NCBI GenBank assembly: GCA_004556055.1
Contig: SFIW01000001.1
Coordinates: forward strand, 58,996-122,995
Source of the DNA: Planctomycetaceae bacterium
Lineage (GTDB): Bacteria > Planctomycetota > Planctomycetia > Pirellulales > Thermoguttaceae
Reading direction: 5' to 3'
Length of the DNA: 64,000 bases
In this document: one piece after another, positions 1 to 9,994 of the stretch
How the letters are laid out: every line of letters begins with the position of its first letter
Position numbering within the stretch: position 1 is the stretch's first letter
Made by a program: the position numbers and the translations under genes
The notes under the pieces: model-generated
Seen by the model: only the letters and a program-made list of their open reading frames with translations
The model's database searches: none
What the model was told of the DNA's origin: nothing

Positions 1-94
1 CTTCTATTCATTGGAAAAAGCTCCTAGTCGGACGAGCCGACTTTCATAGTCTTGCGCGAAGCGGATCGGTCTCCGCGTTTGCTACGCGCGACCA

Positions 95-123
95 TTGACG
101 AGCGCGCGCGCTGAGAGTATACT
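95..123 (+). promoter_or_regulatory. candidate sigma70-type promoter
   Basis: TTGACG (95-100), 17-nt spacer, TATACT (118-123). Confidence 0.45.
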
Positions 124-129
124 TTGTCG

Positions 130-211
130 CATCCGCCAACAGTTGGCGAATAACGAAAAAAACTATTGATAGAGTATATTGATTCTTGCTTGAGTTTGCA
201 AGTTTTTTTTT
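130..211 (+). ncRNA. candidate ~80-nt short transcript or attenuator leader
   Basis: Bounded by the 95-123 promoter and the 185-211 hairpin plus T9. Contains the palindrome CGCCAAC-A-GTTGGCG (134-148). No ORF. Confidence 0.25.
185..211 (+). terminator. intrinsic terminator-like hairpin + T9
   Basis: Stem CTTGC (185-189) / GCAAG (198-202) followed by nine T (203-211). Confidence 0.45.
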
Positions 212-290
212 CAACGAAGAGTTTTTTTCGTACAGGTTTTCAGTTTTCCTTGAGGAACGCGAGATTCTTTAAATTCTAACCGAGAAAGTT

Positions 291-629
291 ATGGCAAAGG
301 AAAAATCACCGGCTGATCCGCGTTTGGTCGCGTCGATCGAATTAGAAACGCGTTCCGAGGGCGTCTATCTGCCCGTCAAAGCGCAGCCAGGAGCGGGACG
401 CAACGAACTACGCGGCGTTCAAGACGGCGCCCTAAAGGTATGCGTGACGCAAGTTGCGGAAAAAGGAAAGGCGAATAAAGCGATCGTCGAATTTTTATCG
501 AAGTCCTTGAAATTGCGCAAGTCGCAAATTTCCCTCGCGTCGGGTGAGCTGGCAAGTCAAAAGAAGTTTCTCGTAACGGAAATCGAAGAGTCGGAGCTTC
601 GCGATAAGTTAGCTTTAGCGCTCGCGTGA
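291..629 (+). CDS. DUF167 / YggU-family (UPF0235) protein
   Basis: 112 aa. GALKVCVTQVAEKGKANKAIVEFLSKSLKLRKSQISLASGELASQKKFLV matches the DUF167 core (KG-AN ... G..S..K). Confidence 0.7.
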   Translation: MAKEKSPADPRLVASIELETRSEGVYLPVKAQPGAGRNELRGVQDGALKVCVTQVAEKGKANKAIVEFLSKSLKLRKSQISLASGELASQKKFLVTEIEESELRDKLALALA

Positions 630-905
630 TAATCGTCAAATCGCGACGTTAAGAAACAAAAGATAGAGAAAATGGGAGAAATGTTAAAATCTCGGCGCTT
701 TTCTTTGGGTCACAATCTGGTATAATTGCGAAAAACTTGGTCACCGACGTTCCGACGATTCTTTTTGAGTAGAAAAGAGTCGCCTTGGGGGCGGTTTGAT
801 CGCTTATATGGCGCGCGTTGGAGTTGTAAGCTCACTTCGAAGGCGTTTGTAGTATAGTTGGCGCCGGCATGTTGTAGGGCGGCGTGATTCAGGAGTATTA
901 ACCAA

Positions 906-2438
906 ATGAAAAGTTTGAAGATTACGGCGAGCGCGCTTCTTGTCGCGAGCGCGGCGGCGATCCTCGGCGGTTGCGGCGACGACTATTCCAATGTGACGGG
1001 CACTGTCCTGGTTTATAAGGGCGACGAACTTTCGCCTTCTGTTGCGGACACATCGGATCAGACGCTTTATACGGGCGAATCCGACGCCGTTGATCCGGCG
1101 ATCAAGAAGCTTGCGGAAGTTTACGACGCCACGCACGCGCAGCGCGTTGTCGTAGCGCGTCCTGCGGCTCCCGCTCCGCGTCCTGCGGCTCCCGCCCTCG
1201 ATCCGCCTCTCGCTTCTGCGGAAGATATCGCAGCGGCTAAGGCTCGCGTCGAAGAACTGCGAGGTTCCGTTAAGACGGCGAAGAACGGCGCGATTATCGG
1301 TATTGTCGCTGAATCCCAAGATTTGAATCTCGAGGATATGAAGTTGTTCGGTCGCCTTGGCGATTTGGAATCTTTCGCGTGCCTTGGTTCGAACGTGACC
1401 GACGAACTCTTCGCGCAGTTCAAGGATCTCAAAAAACTCAAGAGCATCCGCGTTCAGAACTCCGAGATCACCGTTGAAACGCTCAAACTCTTCTCGACCT
1501 TCCCTGAACTCGAATCTCTCGACATTCGTCGCGACCTGAAGCTCGAAAACGCCGACCTCGCGCTGATTCCTGAGTTCCCGAAACTCACGAAACTCGCCGC
1601 TTATTACAACTCTTTCACGAACAGCGGCGTCAATAAGATTTCGAAGTCAACCACCCTCAAGAGCGTCGACCTTCGCGGTTGCACCGACGTTTCCGACTCT
1701 TCCGCGAAGTATTTGGCTCGCATGGAATCTCTTGAAGAGGTTTACTTCCGTTTCTATATTACCAACGACGGCGTCGATAAGCTCTCTGCGGCTCCGAATC
1801 TTAAGTTCGTCGAATTCCAAGACTGCCAGATCGACAACGGTTGCGCCGAACTCTTCGCGAAGTTTCCGTCTCTCACCGGTCTGAGAATCTTCCGTAGCAA
1901 GGGCTTCACCGACGACGGAATCAAAGGTCTTGCGAATCTCAAGTTGGAACGTCTTGAACTGCGCGACTTGAGCGCGTCCGACGCGGGAATCGAAGCTCTT
2001 AAGGATATGGATTCTCTCCGTTCCGTCGAGCTTTCTGAACTTGCCGTTTCCCCAGAAGCGATCAACGCTCTCGTTTCCTCTCCCGCGTGGAGCAACATGC
2101 AGAGCCTCAGCTTCTTCTCCGTACCGGTTCCTGATTCCACCGTGAAGTCTATTGCGGAAAACATGAAGGGTTTGACCTCGATTAAGATTCAAGCCGCCGG
2201 CGACGTGACTGACGCCGCGATCGACGAACTCGCCAAGATGGAATCGCTTACGACGATCGACCTGCGCGATAACGCCGGTTTCACTGCGGAAGGTTTCATG
2301 AAGCTTGCCAAGCTCAAGAATCTTCGCAAGCTCTATGTCAAGGGCACGAAGTTCGGCGATTCCTCCGACGCCGTTCAGAAGTTGTGGGAAGAATTCAAGA
2401 AGATCAATCCTAAGTGCCAGATTTCGATCGACGGCTGA
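906..2438 (+). CDS. leucine-rich-repeat (RNI-like) lipoprotein
   Basis: N-terminal signal with lipobox LGGC. Pro/Ala linker followed by repeated ~25-aa L-rich units (LKSL.L....ITD..L..L). Confidence 0.65.
   Translation: MKSLKITASALLVASAAAILGGCGDDYSNVTGTVLVYKGDELSPSVADTSDQTLYTGESDAVDPAIKKLAEVYDATHAQRVVVARPAAPAPRPAAPALDPPLASAEDIAAAKARVEELRGSVKTAKNGAIIGIVAESQDLNLEDMKLFGRLGDLESFACLGSNVTDELFAQFKDLKKLKSIRVQNSEITVETLKLFSTFPELESLDIRRDLKLENADLALIPEFPKLTKLAAYYNSFTNSGVNKISKSTTLKSVDLRGCTDVSDSSAKYLARMESLEEVYFRFYITNDGVDKLSAAPNLKFVEFQDCQIDNGCAELFAKFPSLTGLRIFRSKGFTDDGIKGLANLKLERLELRDLSASDAGIEALKDMDSLRSVELSELAVSPEAINALVSSPAWSNMQSLSFFSVPVPDSTVKSIAENMKGLTSIKIQAAGDVTDAAIDELAKMESLTTIDLRDNAGFTAEGFMKLAKLKNLRKLYVKGTKFGDSSDAVQKLWEEFKKINPKCQISIDG
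1158..1199 (+). repeat. 2 x 21-nt tandem repeat inside the LRR gene (encodes RPAAPAP RPAAPAL)
   Basis: cgtcctgcggctcccgctccg / cgtcctgcggctcccgccctc, read directly. Confidence 0.8.
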
Positions 2439-2484
2439 TCTCTTTCAAAGCGATCTTTTCAAATTTCTGATTCTCAGAAATAAC

Positions 2485-2521
2485 GAAAACGCGGACGATT
2501 TATTCGCCCGCGTTTCTTTTT
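2485..2521 (+). terminator. intrinsic terminator after the LRR gene
   Basis: Stem AAACGCGG (2487-2494) / CCGCGTTT (2508-2515) followed by CTTTTT. Confidence 0.6.
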
Positions 2522-2648
2522 GGTCTCTCTTCGCCGCCTTCCCGCGCTTTCTATTGGCAGAATACGTTTTTCGACTAAAATGAAGAGGAGTTAGGGCGCG
2601 CATTATGCGCGCGGAGCTCTAGAATTTGCGATAGAGGACGATAAAGGA

Positions 2649-3818
2649 ATGGCTAAATCGCGAAAGAAGTCGACACGCGGCGGCGCGCAATTTTTTGAAG
2701 ATTCCACCAAACCGGTAGAATTATCTCCCCAGGACGAGCGCACCCTCGGCAAGGTTTATAATCTTGCGTCTAAGATTACGACGCTAGTGGATCAAGACTC
2801 CGAACCCGTTCTGGCTATTCCCGCGCGATCTTTAAGCAACGTTTCCTTCAACGAGAAGAAACGCGTTCTTCAGATGGGGGCGAAAACGACGAATCGCGAA
2901 CTCTTTAATCTTTCGCAAGCGAAGAGTTTTATGCAAACGGCGCTCGTCGCCGCAGGAGCTAAACGCCTCGTTGAAATGGGCAAAACGACGAGTATTCGTG
3001 GTCTCTACTATATGCTCAAGCACGACGTCAAGGGAACGAAAGAGCCCACTTTTCACGACCAAGGCGAGTGCGACCCTGTCATTGAGGATTGCGAAGTTCT
3101 CCTCGAAGCGCTGCGCGAAGAGCTGCACCTTTTCGCGGACAAACGCGGCGATATGGTCGGCAATATTACGATTGTCGATTCTGGAGACGAGATTGATTGC
3201 TCGCGGATGGGATCGGGGGGGTACGCGATTCCGTCGATCGTCGAACCTTCGGTGATCCAATTTAAAAAATGCTCCGCCGATTTCGTTCTTCATGTGGAAA
3301 AAAATACCGTCTGGCAGCGCTTTAACGAAGATAAGTTTTGGAAAAAGCACAATTGTATTCTAACGCACGGAAACGGCCAGCCTCCGCGAGGCGTTCGACG
3401 CCTCTTAAATCGCTTGCACACGGAACTCAAACTACCGATCTTTTGTCTCCTAGATAACGATCCTTGGGGGTATTATATTTATTCCGTCGTCAAGCAGGGA
3501 TCGATCAATCTTGCGTACGAATCTGAGCGAATGGCGACTCCCGACGCTAAATTTATCGGCGTTCGTAGTCGCGATTTCGAACGCTGCGGACTCTCTGAAG
3601 GCGTGAAAATTTCTCTAAGCGACGTCGACCGTAAACGCGCGAAGCAAATTGCCGACTACCCTTGGTTCGTACACAAAAAAGAATGGCAGCGTGAAATTGA
3701 CACGATGCTTCGAAACGGATTTAAGTTGGAAGTCGAAGCGCTTGTGAGTCGAAGTATCAGTTATATGACGGAAGAATACGTGCCGCGCCTCCTTAAAGAA
3801 GGGGATTTCCTTGATTGA
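2649..3818 (+). CDS. type IIB DNA topoisomerase subunit A-like (Top6A / Spo11 family)
   Basis: 389 aa. Has the catalytic-Tyr motif SIRGLYYMLKH, the Toprim Glu in HVEKNTVWQRF, the DxD in LLDNDPWGYYIY, and a C-terminal KLEVEAL. Confidence 0.8.
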   Translation: MAKSRKKSTRGGAQFFEDSTKPVELSPQDERTLGKVYNLASKITTLVDQDSEPVLAIPARSLSNVSFNEKKRVLQMGAKTTNRELFNLSQAKSFMQTALVAAGAKRLVEMGKTTSIRGLYYMLKHDVKGTKEPTFHDQGECDPVIEDCEVLLEALREELHLFADKRGDMVGNITIVDSGDEIDCSRMGSGGYAIPSIVEPSVIQFKKCSADFVLHVEKNTVWQRFNEDKFWKKHNCILTHGNGQPPRGVRRLLNRLHTELKLPIFCLLDNDPWGYYIYSVVKQGSINLAYESERMATPDAKFIGVRSRDFERCGLSEGVKISLSDVDRKRAKQIADYPWFVHKKEWQREIDTMLRNGFKLEVEALVSRSISYMTEEYVPRLLKEGDFLD

Positions 3819-3968
3819 TCGATCGACATTCGATCGCTTATCTAATCGCCGATAGTTGAAATCTCATTCCATTTTTGATATGATTGTCGTCGTCTTGTGC
3901 GACGCGCGTTTTGCGTCGCGTCGTGCGATTGATCATGACGCTTCACAAACCTATCAAAGGGAACCGAG

Positions 3969-5345
3969 ATGAAACGACGGAATTATTTAAGAAACGCGGG
4001 AGTCCTTTTTGCGGCAAGTCAATTACCCAGCGTAGCGCGCGGCGCGAACGCTTCCGGTAGCGACGAGATTAAGCTTGCGCTCGTTGGTTGCGGGGGGCGC
4101 GGACGCGGAGCGTTGATGCAGCGCCTTGCCGTGAACGACAATGTGCGAGTCGTGGCGATCGCCGATATTTTCGAAGCGGGCGCTCGCTCTGCCGTAGAGG
4201 TTTTCGAACAGACGGGGGACAAGCGTTTTGATCTTAAAGACGGAGTTTTCTTTGGACTTGACGCGTATAAAAAGGCGATTGAGTTATGCGATTCTGTGAT
4301 TCTTGCGACGCCTCCTGGTTTTCGACCTGTTCATTTCGCCTATGCGGTCAACGCCGGTAAGCAGATTTTCATGGAAAAGCCGTGCGCGATCGACGCGCGC
4401 GGGTTCCGAATGGTTCAGGAAGCGGCGCGTATTGCGGACGAGAAGAATCTGAAAGTCGTCTGCGGTTTCCAACGTCACTATCAAAATCCCTATCTTGGAA
4501 TGTTCGAACAGATCAAAGAAGGGAAGATCGGCCAGTTGAAGTATAGCCGCGTTTACTGGAATCAGGGGAATCCTACCCGTCGTCCGAGACTTCCCGGTAT
4601 GACGGAGATGCAGTATCAAGTAAAGTGCTGGTATCCGTTTAACTGGATAACGGGGGACAACATCGTCGAACAGCATTGTCACAATATCGACGTTGGAAAC
4701 TGGATTCATAGCCTTGGCGATCCGACGTGCGCGACGGCGCACCCGGTGAAATGCAACGGCATGGGGGGTAGAGAAGTGCGGAAATATCCCCGATATCTCT
4801 ATGCGGGGAACCGTTACGACCATTTCTGCTGCGAGTTTACGTACGCGGACGGAACGCAGATGTTCAGTCAATGCCGACATCAAGAAAAGTGCTGGTTTAA
4901 CGTGAGCGAAACTTTTGTCGGAACCGAAGGCACCGCAGGTTGCGGTTGGGTTAAGAACCTCAACGGCGAGACGATATGGAAGTTCCAGGGAGAAGACCCT
5001 GATCCTTACAAAAACGAGCATGTCTATCACGCGAAATTTATTCGCGAAGACATTGCGCACAACGACGCGTGGTTCGCGTCGAATTCGTCGATGACGTCGG
5101 TTTTAGGACGCTACGCCGCGTACTCCGGAGCGGAGATCTCCTGGGACGACGCGGTCGCCAACGGCGTCGACGAGTTCCCGTATGATCTTATCGCGGAAGT
5201 CGAAGCGAATGATCCCACGAAATTCTGGGACGTCCTACCTCCGACGCTTCCTGATTCGTTCCCCCCCGCGCAGCCGGGAGCAGGCGAATTCATTTACGAA
5301 AATTCTGTGCCCGTGCCTGGCGAATGGAATTGGAGGAAGGCGTAA
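3969..5345 (+). CDS. Tat-signal Gfo/Idh/MocA-family NAD(P) oxidoreductase (paralog 1)
   Basis: N-terminal KRRNYL twin-arginine-like signal. Rossmann motif LVGCGGRGRGA. EKP motif FMEKPCA. Confidence 0.85.
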   Translation: MKRRNYLRNAGVLFAASQLPSVARGANASGSDEIKLALVGCGGRGRGALMQRLAVNDNVRVVAIADIFEAGARSAVEVFEQTGDKRFDLKDGVFFGLDAYKKAIELCDSVILATPPGFRPVHFAYAVNAGKQIFMEKPCAIDARGFRMVQEAARIADEKNLKVVCGFQRHYQNPYLGMFEQIKEGKIGQLKYSRVYWNQGNPTRRPRLPGMTEMQYQVKCWYPFNWITGDNIVEQHCHNIDVGNWIHSLGDPTCATAHPVKCNGMGGREVRKYPRYLYAGNRYDHFCCEFTYADGTQMFSQCRHQEKCWFNVSETFVGTEGTAGCGWVKNLNGETIWKFQGEDPDPYKNEHVYHAKFIREDIAHNDAWFASNSSMTSVLGRYAAYSGAEISWDDAVANGVDEFPYDLIAEVEANDPTKFWDVLPPTLPDSFPPAQPGAGEFIYENSVPVPGEWNWRKA

Positions 5346-5353
5346 TATCCGCG

Positions 5354-5395
5354 AGGATACGGTGACAACTTTGAAGTCGCCGTATCCTTGTTTTT
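5354..5395 (+). terminator. intrinsic terminator after paralog 1
   Basis: Stem AGGATACGG (5354-5362) / CCGTATCCT (5380-5388) followed by TGTTTTT. Confidence 0.6.
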
Positions 5396-5453
5396 GGAGT
5401 GCGAAGCGCGCCTTTTGTTATGTCGTAAGTCCAATTGCGTTACCGAGTAATAA

Positions 5454-5525
5454 ATTGGCAAATTTCCAAAAAACTGGCAAATTTTTTAAAATAACGCTTG
5501 AAATTGGCCGTAGTAATTGGTAAAT
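5454..5525 (+). repeat. four direct copies of A(T/C)TGG(C/T)nnnn, consensus ATTGGCAAAT, upstream of paralog 2
   Basis: attggcaaat 5454-5463, actggcaaat 5473-5482, attggccgta 5503-5512, attggtaaat 5516-5525. Confidence 0.6.
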
Positions 5526-5676
5526 TAAAGCAAACGACGCACAAATAGTCTAAACGATAGAATTTGTGTAAAATCAACGGTTAAAGAGAACTTGAAGAAA
5601 ATACCGATAACTGTGGCGTCGCAGGCGTCATGCGGCAGCGACGTGCTATATCCATTTAACTCAGGAGTTGAAAATA

Positions 5677-7059
5677 ATGAAACGACGTGATTTTCTGAAG
5701 ACGACCGGCGTCCTCGCTGGCGCGAGCGTAGTAGGCGGCATGAGCGTAGCGCGCGGCGCGAACGCTTCCGGTAGCGATCTTATCAAGCTTGCGCTCGTCG
5801 GTTGCGGCGGTCGTGGTCGTGGCGCTCTCCAGCAGCGTCTTGACGTCGGCGACAACGTTAAAGTTGTCGCGATTGCCGACGCTTTCGAGTCTGCCGCGAA
5901 ATCTGCCGCGGACGCGTATTCCGAAATGGAAGACGATCGCTATGATTTGAAGGACGGCGTTTTCTTCGGTCTCGACGCTTACAAGAAGGCGATTGACAAG
6001 TGCGATTCCGTTATCATCGCGACGGCTCCTGGTTTCCGTCCGATTCACTTCACCTACGCCGTGAACGCCGGTAAGCACGTTTTCATGGAAAAACCTTGCG
6101 CCGTCGACGCTCGCGGTTACCGCATGGCGATCGAAGCCGCCAAGATTGCCGATGAAAAGAACCTCAAGGTGGTCTGCGGTTATCAGCGTCACTATCAGAA
6201 CAACTACATCGGCATGGTCGAACAGATCAAAGCCGGTAAGATCGGTCGCTTGATGTATAGCCGCGTCTATTGGAACGGCGACGGCATCTGGGAACGTCCT
6301 CGTCAGAATGGCGATACCGAAATGCAATATCAGATGCGCAACTGGTATCACTTCAACTGGCTCTGCGGCGACAACATCATTGAACAGCACTGCCACAACA
6401 TCGACGTCGGAAACTGGGTTCACAGCCTCGGCGATCCCAATAGCCCGAACGCGCACCCGATCCGCTGCAACGCGATGGGCGGACGTCAAGTTCGTAAGTT
6501 CCCCCGTTTCAAGAACTCCGGTCATCGTTTCGACCACTTCTATTGCGAATTCACTTTCGCCGACGGAAGTCAGATGTTCAGCCAGTGTCGTCAGCAGGGC
6601 AACTGCTGGAACAACGTCAGCGAAACGTTCTACGGCACCGAAGGCACCGCGGGCGCCGGTTGGGTTAATAACGCCGCTGGCGAAAGCGTCTGGCGCTTCG
6701 AAGGCGACAATCCCGATCCGTACAAGAACGAACATGTTCAGCACGCGAAGTACATCCGCGAAGACATTAAGCACAACGACGCTTGGTGGGCCGCTCACTC
6801 CTCCATGACCGCCGTTTTGGGTCGCTACGCCGCGTATTCTGGCGCTGAAATCAGTTGGGATGACGCCGTTGCGAATGGCGTCGACGACTTCCCATATGAT
6901 CTCGTCGCTGAATTGGAAGCCAATGATCCCGCTAAGTTCTGGGACGCTCTTCCCCCCGTGCTTCCCGATACCACCGCTCCGGCGCAGCCTGCGGAAGGCG
7001 AATTCATTTACGAAAATTCCGTTCCGGTTCCGGGCGAATGGAAGTGGAAGAAGGCGTGA
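5677..7059 (+). CDS. Tat-signal Gfo/Idh/MocA-family NAD(P) oxidoreductase (paralog 2)
   Basis: The ATG at 5677 lies 9 nt after AGGAG (5663-5667). Same MKRR..L start and same motifs as paralog 1, and it aligns along the full length. Confidence 0.85.
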   Translation: MKRRDFLKTTGVLAGASVVGGMSVARGANASGSDLIKLALVGCGGRGRGALQQRLDVGDNVKVVAIADAFESAAKSAADAYSEMEDDRYDLKDGVFFGLDAYKKAIDKCDSVIIATAPGFRPIHFTYAVNAGKHVFMEKPCAVDARGYRMAIEAAKIADEKNLKVVCGYQRHYQNNYIGMVEQIKAGKIGRLMYSRVYWNGDGIWERPRQNGDTEMQYQMRNWYHFNWLCGDNIIEQHCHNIDVGNWVHSLGDPNSPNAHPIRCNAMGGRQVRKFPRFKNSGHRFDHFYCEFTFADGSQMFSQCRQQGNCWNNVSETFYGTEGTAGAGWVNNAAGESVWRFEGDNPDPYKNEHVQHAKYIREDIKHNDAWWAAHSSMTAVLGRYAAYSGAEISWDDAVANGVDDFPYDLVAELEANDPAKFWDALPPVLPDTTAPAQPAEGEFIYENSVPVPGEWKWKKA

Positions 7060-7098
7060 TTTTAGCGCTTTGATCTCTTCTGTTTGAGAATAACTATA

Positions 7099-7135
7099 AG
7101 GCCGTCGAGTCTCCGATTCGACGGCCTTTTTATTT
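7099..7135 (+). terminator. intrinsic terminator after paralog 2
   Basis: Stem AGGCCGTCGA (7099-7108) / TCGACGGCCT (7118-7127) followed by TTTTTATTT. Confidence 0.7.
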
Positions 7136-7260
7136 AGTAACGAGATAAAAGCGAGAAAAGGGTATATTCTATTAGACGGCGACGAACGGCCTTCTTTGCG
7201 CGCGTGAGAAGAAGCGCGCGAATTGAAGAAAACTCTTGCGAATAGAAGAGATGAGCGCGT

Positions 7261-7293
7261 AAAAAAAGGGAACGTTCGGTTTCGAACGCTCCC
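7261..7293 (-). terminator. intrinsic terminator (minus strand)
   Basis: The minus strand reads GGGAGCGTTCG-AAAC-CGAACGTTCCC followed by TTTTTTT (A-run 7261-7267 on the plus strand). Confidence 0.6.
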
Positions 7294-7404
7294 CTAAATA
7301 ATCGCAGGCCGGTGTGTGGTTAGCCCGGATTTATATCCACAATTGTGAGCCAATCACAGAAATGATTCGAAAGCTTGCACAATTGACAGCTGAATTTTGG
7401 AATT
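7261..7404 (-). ncRNA. candidate ~140-nt small RNA (orphan promoter-to-terminator unit)
   Basis: Lies between the 7411-7438 minus-strand promoter and the 7261-7293 terminator. No ATG ORF. Contains repeated ACAATTG / CAATTGTG motifs. Confidence 0.35.
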
Positions 7405-7410
7405 GTCTTT

Positions 7411-7438
7411 AGTATACCCTTTTTCATTATTTTGACAA
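7411..7438 (-). promoter_or_regulatory. candidate sigma70-type promoter (minus strand)
   Basis: On the minus strand: TTGTCA (7438-7433), 16-nt spacer, TATACT (7416-7411). Confidence 0.45.
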
Positions 7439-7524
7439 GGTGTAAGACAGAAAATTTTTACGGTTATTTGACGGAGTTATGATTGTGTAGGAAATAGACT
7501 CTCTATCCCTTTTTGTTTTATTTC

Positions 7525-7557
7525 AATAAAAAAGGGAAACGTCGAAAGACGCTTCCC
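7525..7557 (-). terminator. groEL intrinsic terminator
   Basis: The minus strand reads GGGAAGCGTC-TTTC-GACGTTTCCC followed by TTTTTTATT, about 35 nt after the groEL stop. Confidence 0.7.
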
Positions 7558-7590
7558 TGCTGGCGATTCAAACGCTTAAGGTTTAGCGGA

Positions 7591-9255
<1,665 letters not shown>

Positions 9256-9300
9256 TTAGTTAAAGAACGCGCGACAAGGCGCAATACGAACGCGAATTGA

Positions 9301-9639
9301 TCAGCTGATGATAGCGAGGATATCGCTTTCACGCATGAGGAGGAATTCGCAGTCGTCGAATTTGAAATCTTCGCCGGCGTAAGAGAGGAAAAGAACGCGG
9401 TCGCCCTCTTGAACGGCAAGGGGAGCGCGCGTGCCGTCTTTCAGGAGACGTCCGTCGCCAACGCTGACGACAACGCCTCGCGAAGGCTTGTTCTTAGCGC
9501 TTTCAGGAAGGTAGAGACCGCCCGCAGTAACTTCTTCAGATTCATCGCGACGAACAACAACGCGGTCGCCGAGGGGAAGGATCTTGGCTCCGCAGCAGCT
9601 TTTAGCTTCCGACGCGGCGTCGCACTTTTTCTTAGACAT
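9301..9639 (-). CDS. groES: co-chaperonin GroES (Cpn10) with a Cys-rich N-terminal extension
   Basis: The ATG at 9639 is preceded by AGGAG. The core ILPLGDRVVV...EEVTAGGLYLPESAK...GDRVLF is canonical. About 18 extra N-terminal residues: MSKKKCDAASEAKSCCGA. Confidence 0.9.
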   Translation of the reverse strand: MSKKKCDAASEAKSCCGAKILPLGDRVVVRRDESEEVTAGGLYLPESAKNKPSRGVVVSVGDGRLLKDGTRAPLAVQEGDRVLFLSYAGEDFKFDDCEFLLMRESDILAIIS

Positions 9640-9994
9640 TCTTGAACTCCTGATCTTTTGATCTTGTATAACGCGGCTCGACGCGTTCAACCGCGCCGTC
9701 CTGATAATTACGATTGCGAAAACTCGCGACGTCGTCGGACGCGGCCAAGGCCGTTACTGCGCCGGCGAGACGTCGAATCGCGTGCTTTTTCTGAAAAATA
9801 ATGCATAAATGACGCCAATAGGAATCTTTTTCATCCCGTCGACGCTTTTTAATAGGTTTTAGTTCCATTCTCCCTTAGAATTCCGGCCTTTCTCACTATT
9901 CGACCGGCGGGGTTTTCCGAGCCTGTTTCGTCTTCGCGGCGATCGACCGCGTCCGTCAATCCCCGTTTCAGTCAAATTGGCAGTTCCTTAGGCA

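Noticed and set aside
5454-5490. TGGCA repeats considered as a sigma-54 (-24 TGGCAC / -12 TTGCA) promoter
   Set aside because: No GC element at the required 4-5-nt spacing follows either TGGCA.
5656-6798. 380-aa ORF on the minus strand, antisense to oxidoreductase paralog 2
   Set aside because: It is a mirror ORF opposite a gene with clear motifs and a paralog. Its translation is low-complexity (V/A/G/R-rich). It is an artefact of stop-poor antisense frames in strongly codon-biased genes.
7140-7260. GC-rich hairpin CGCGC-GTGAGAAGAA-GCGCG and flanking sequence, considered as a further RNA element
   Set aside because: The stem is short, with no promoter and no T-tract. It is indistinguishable from background.
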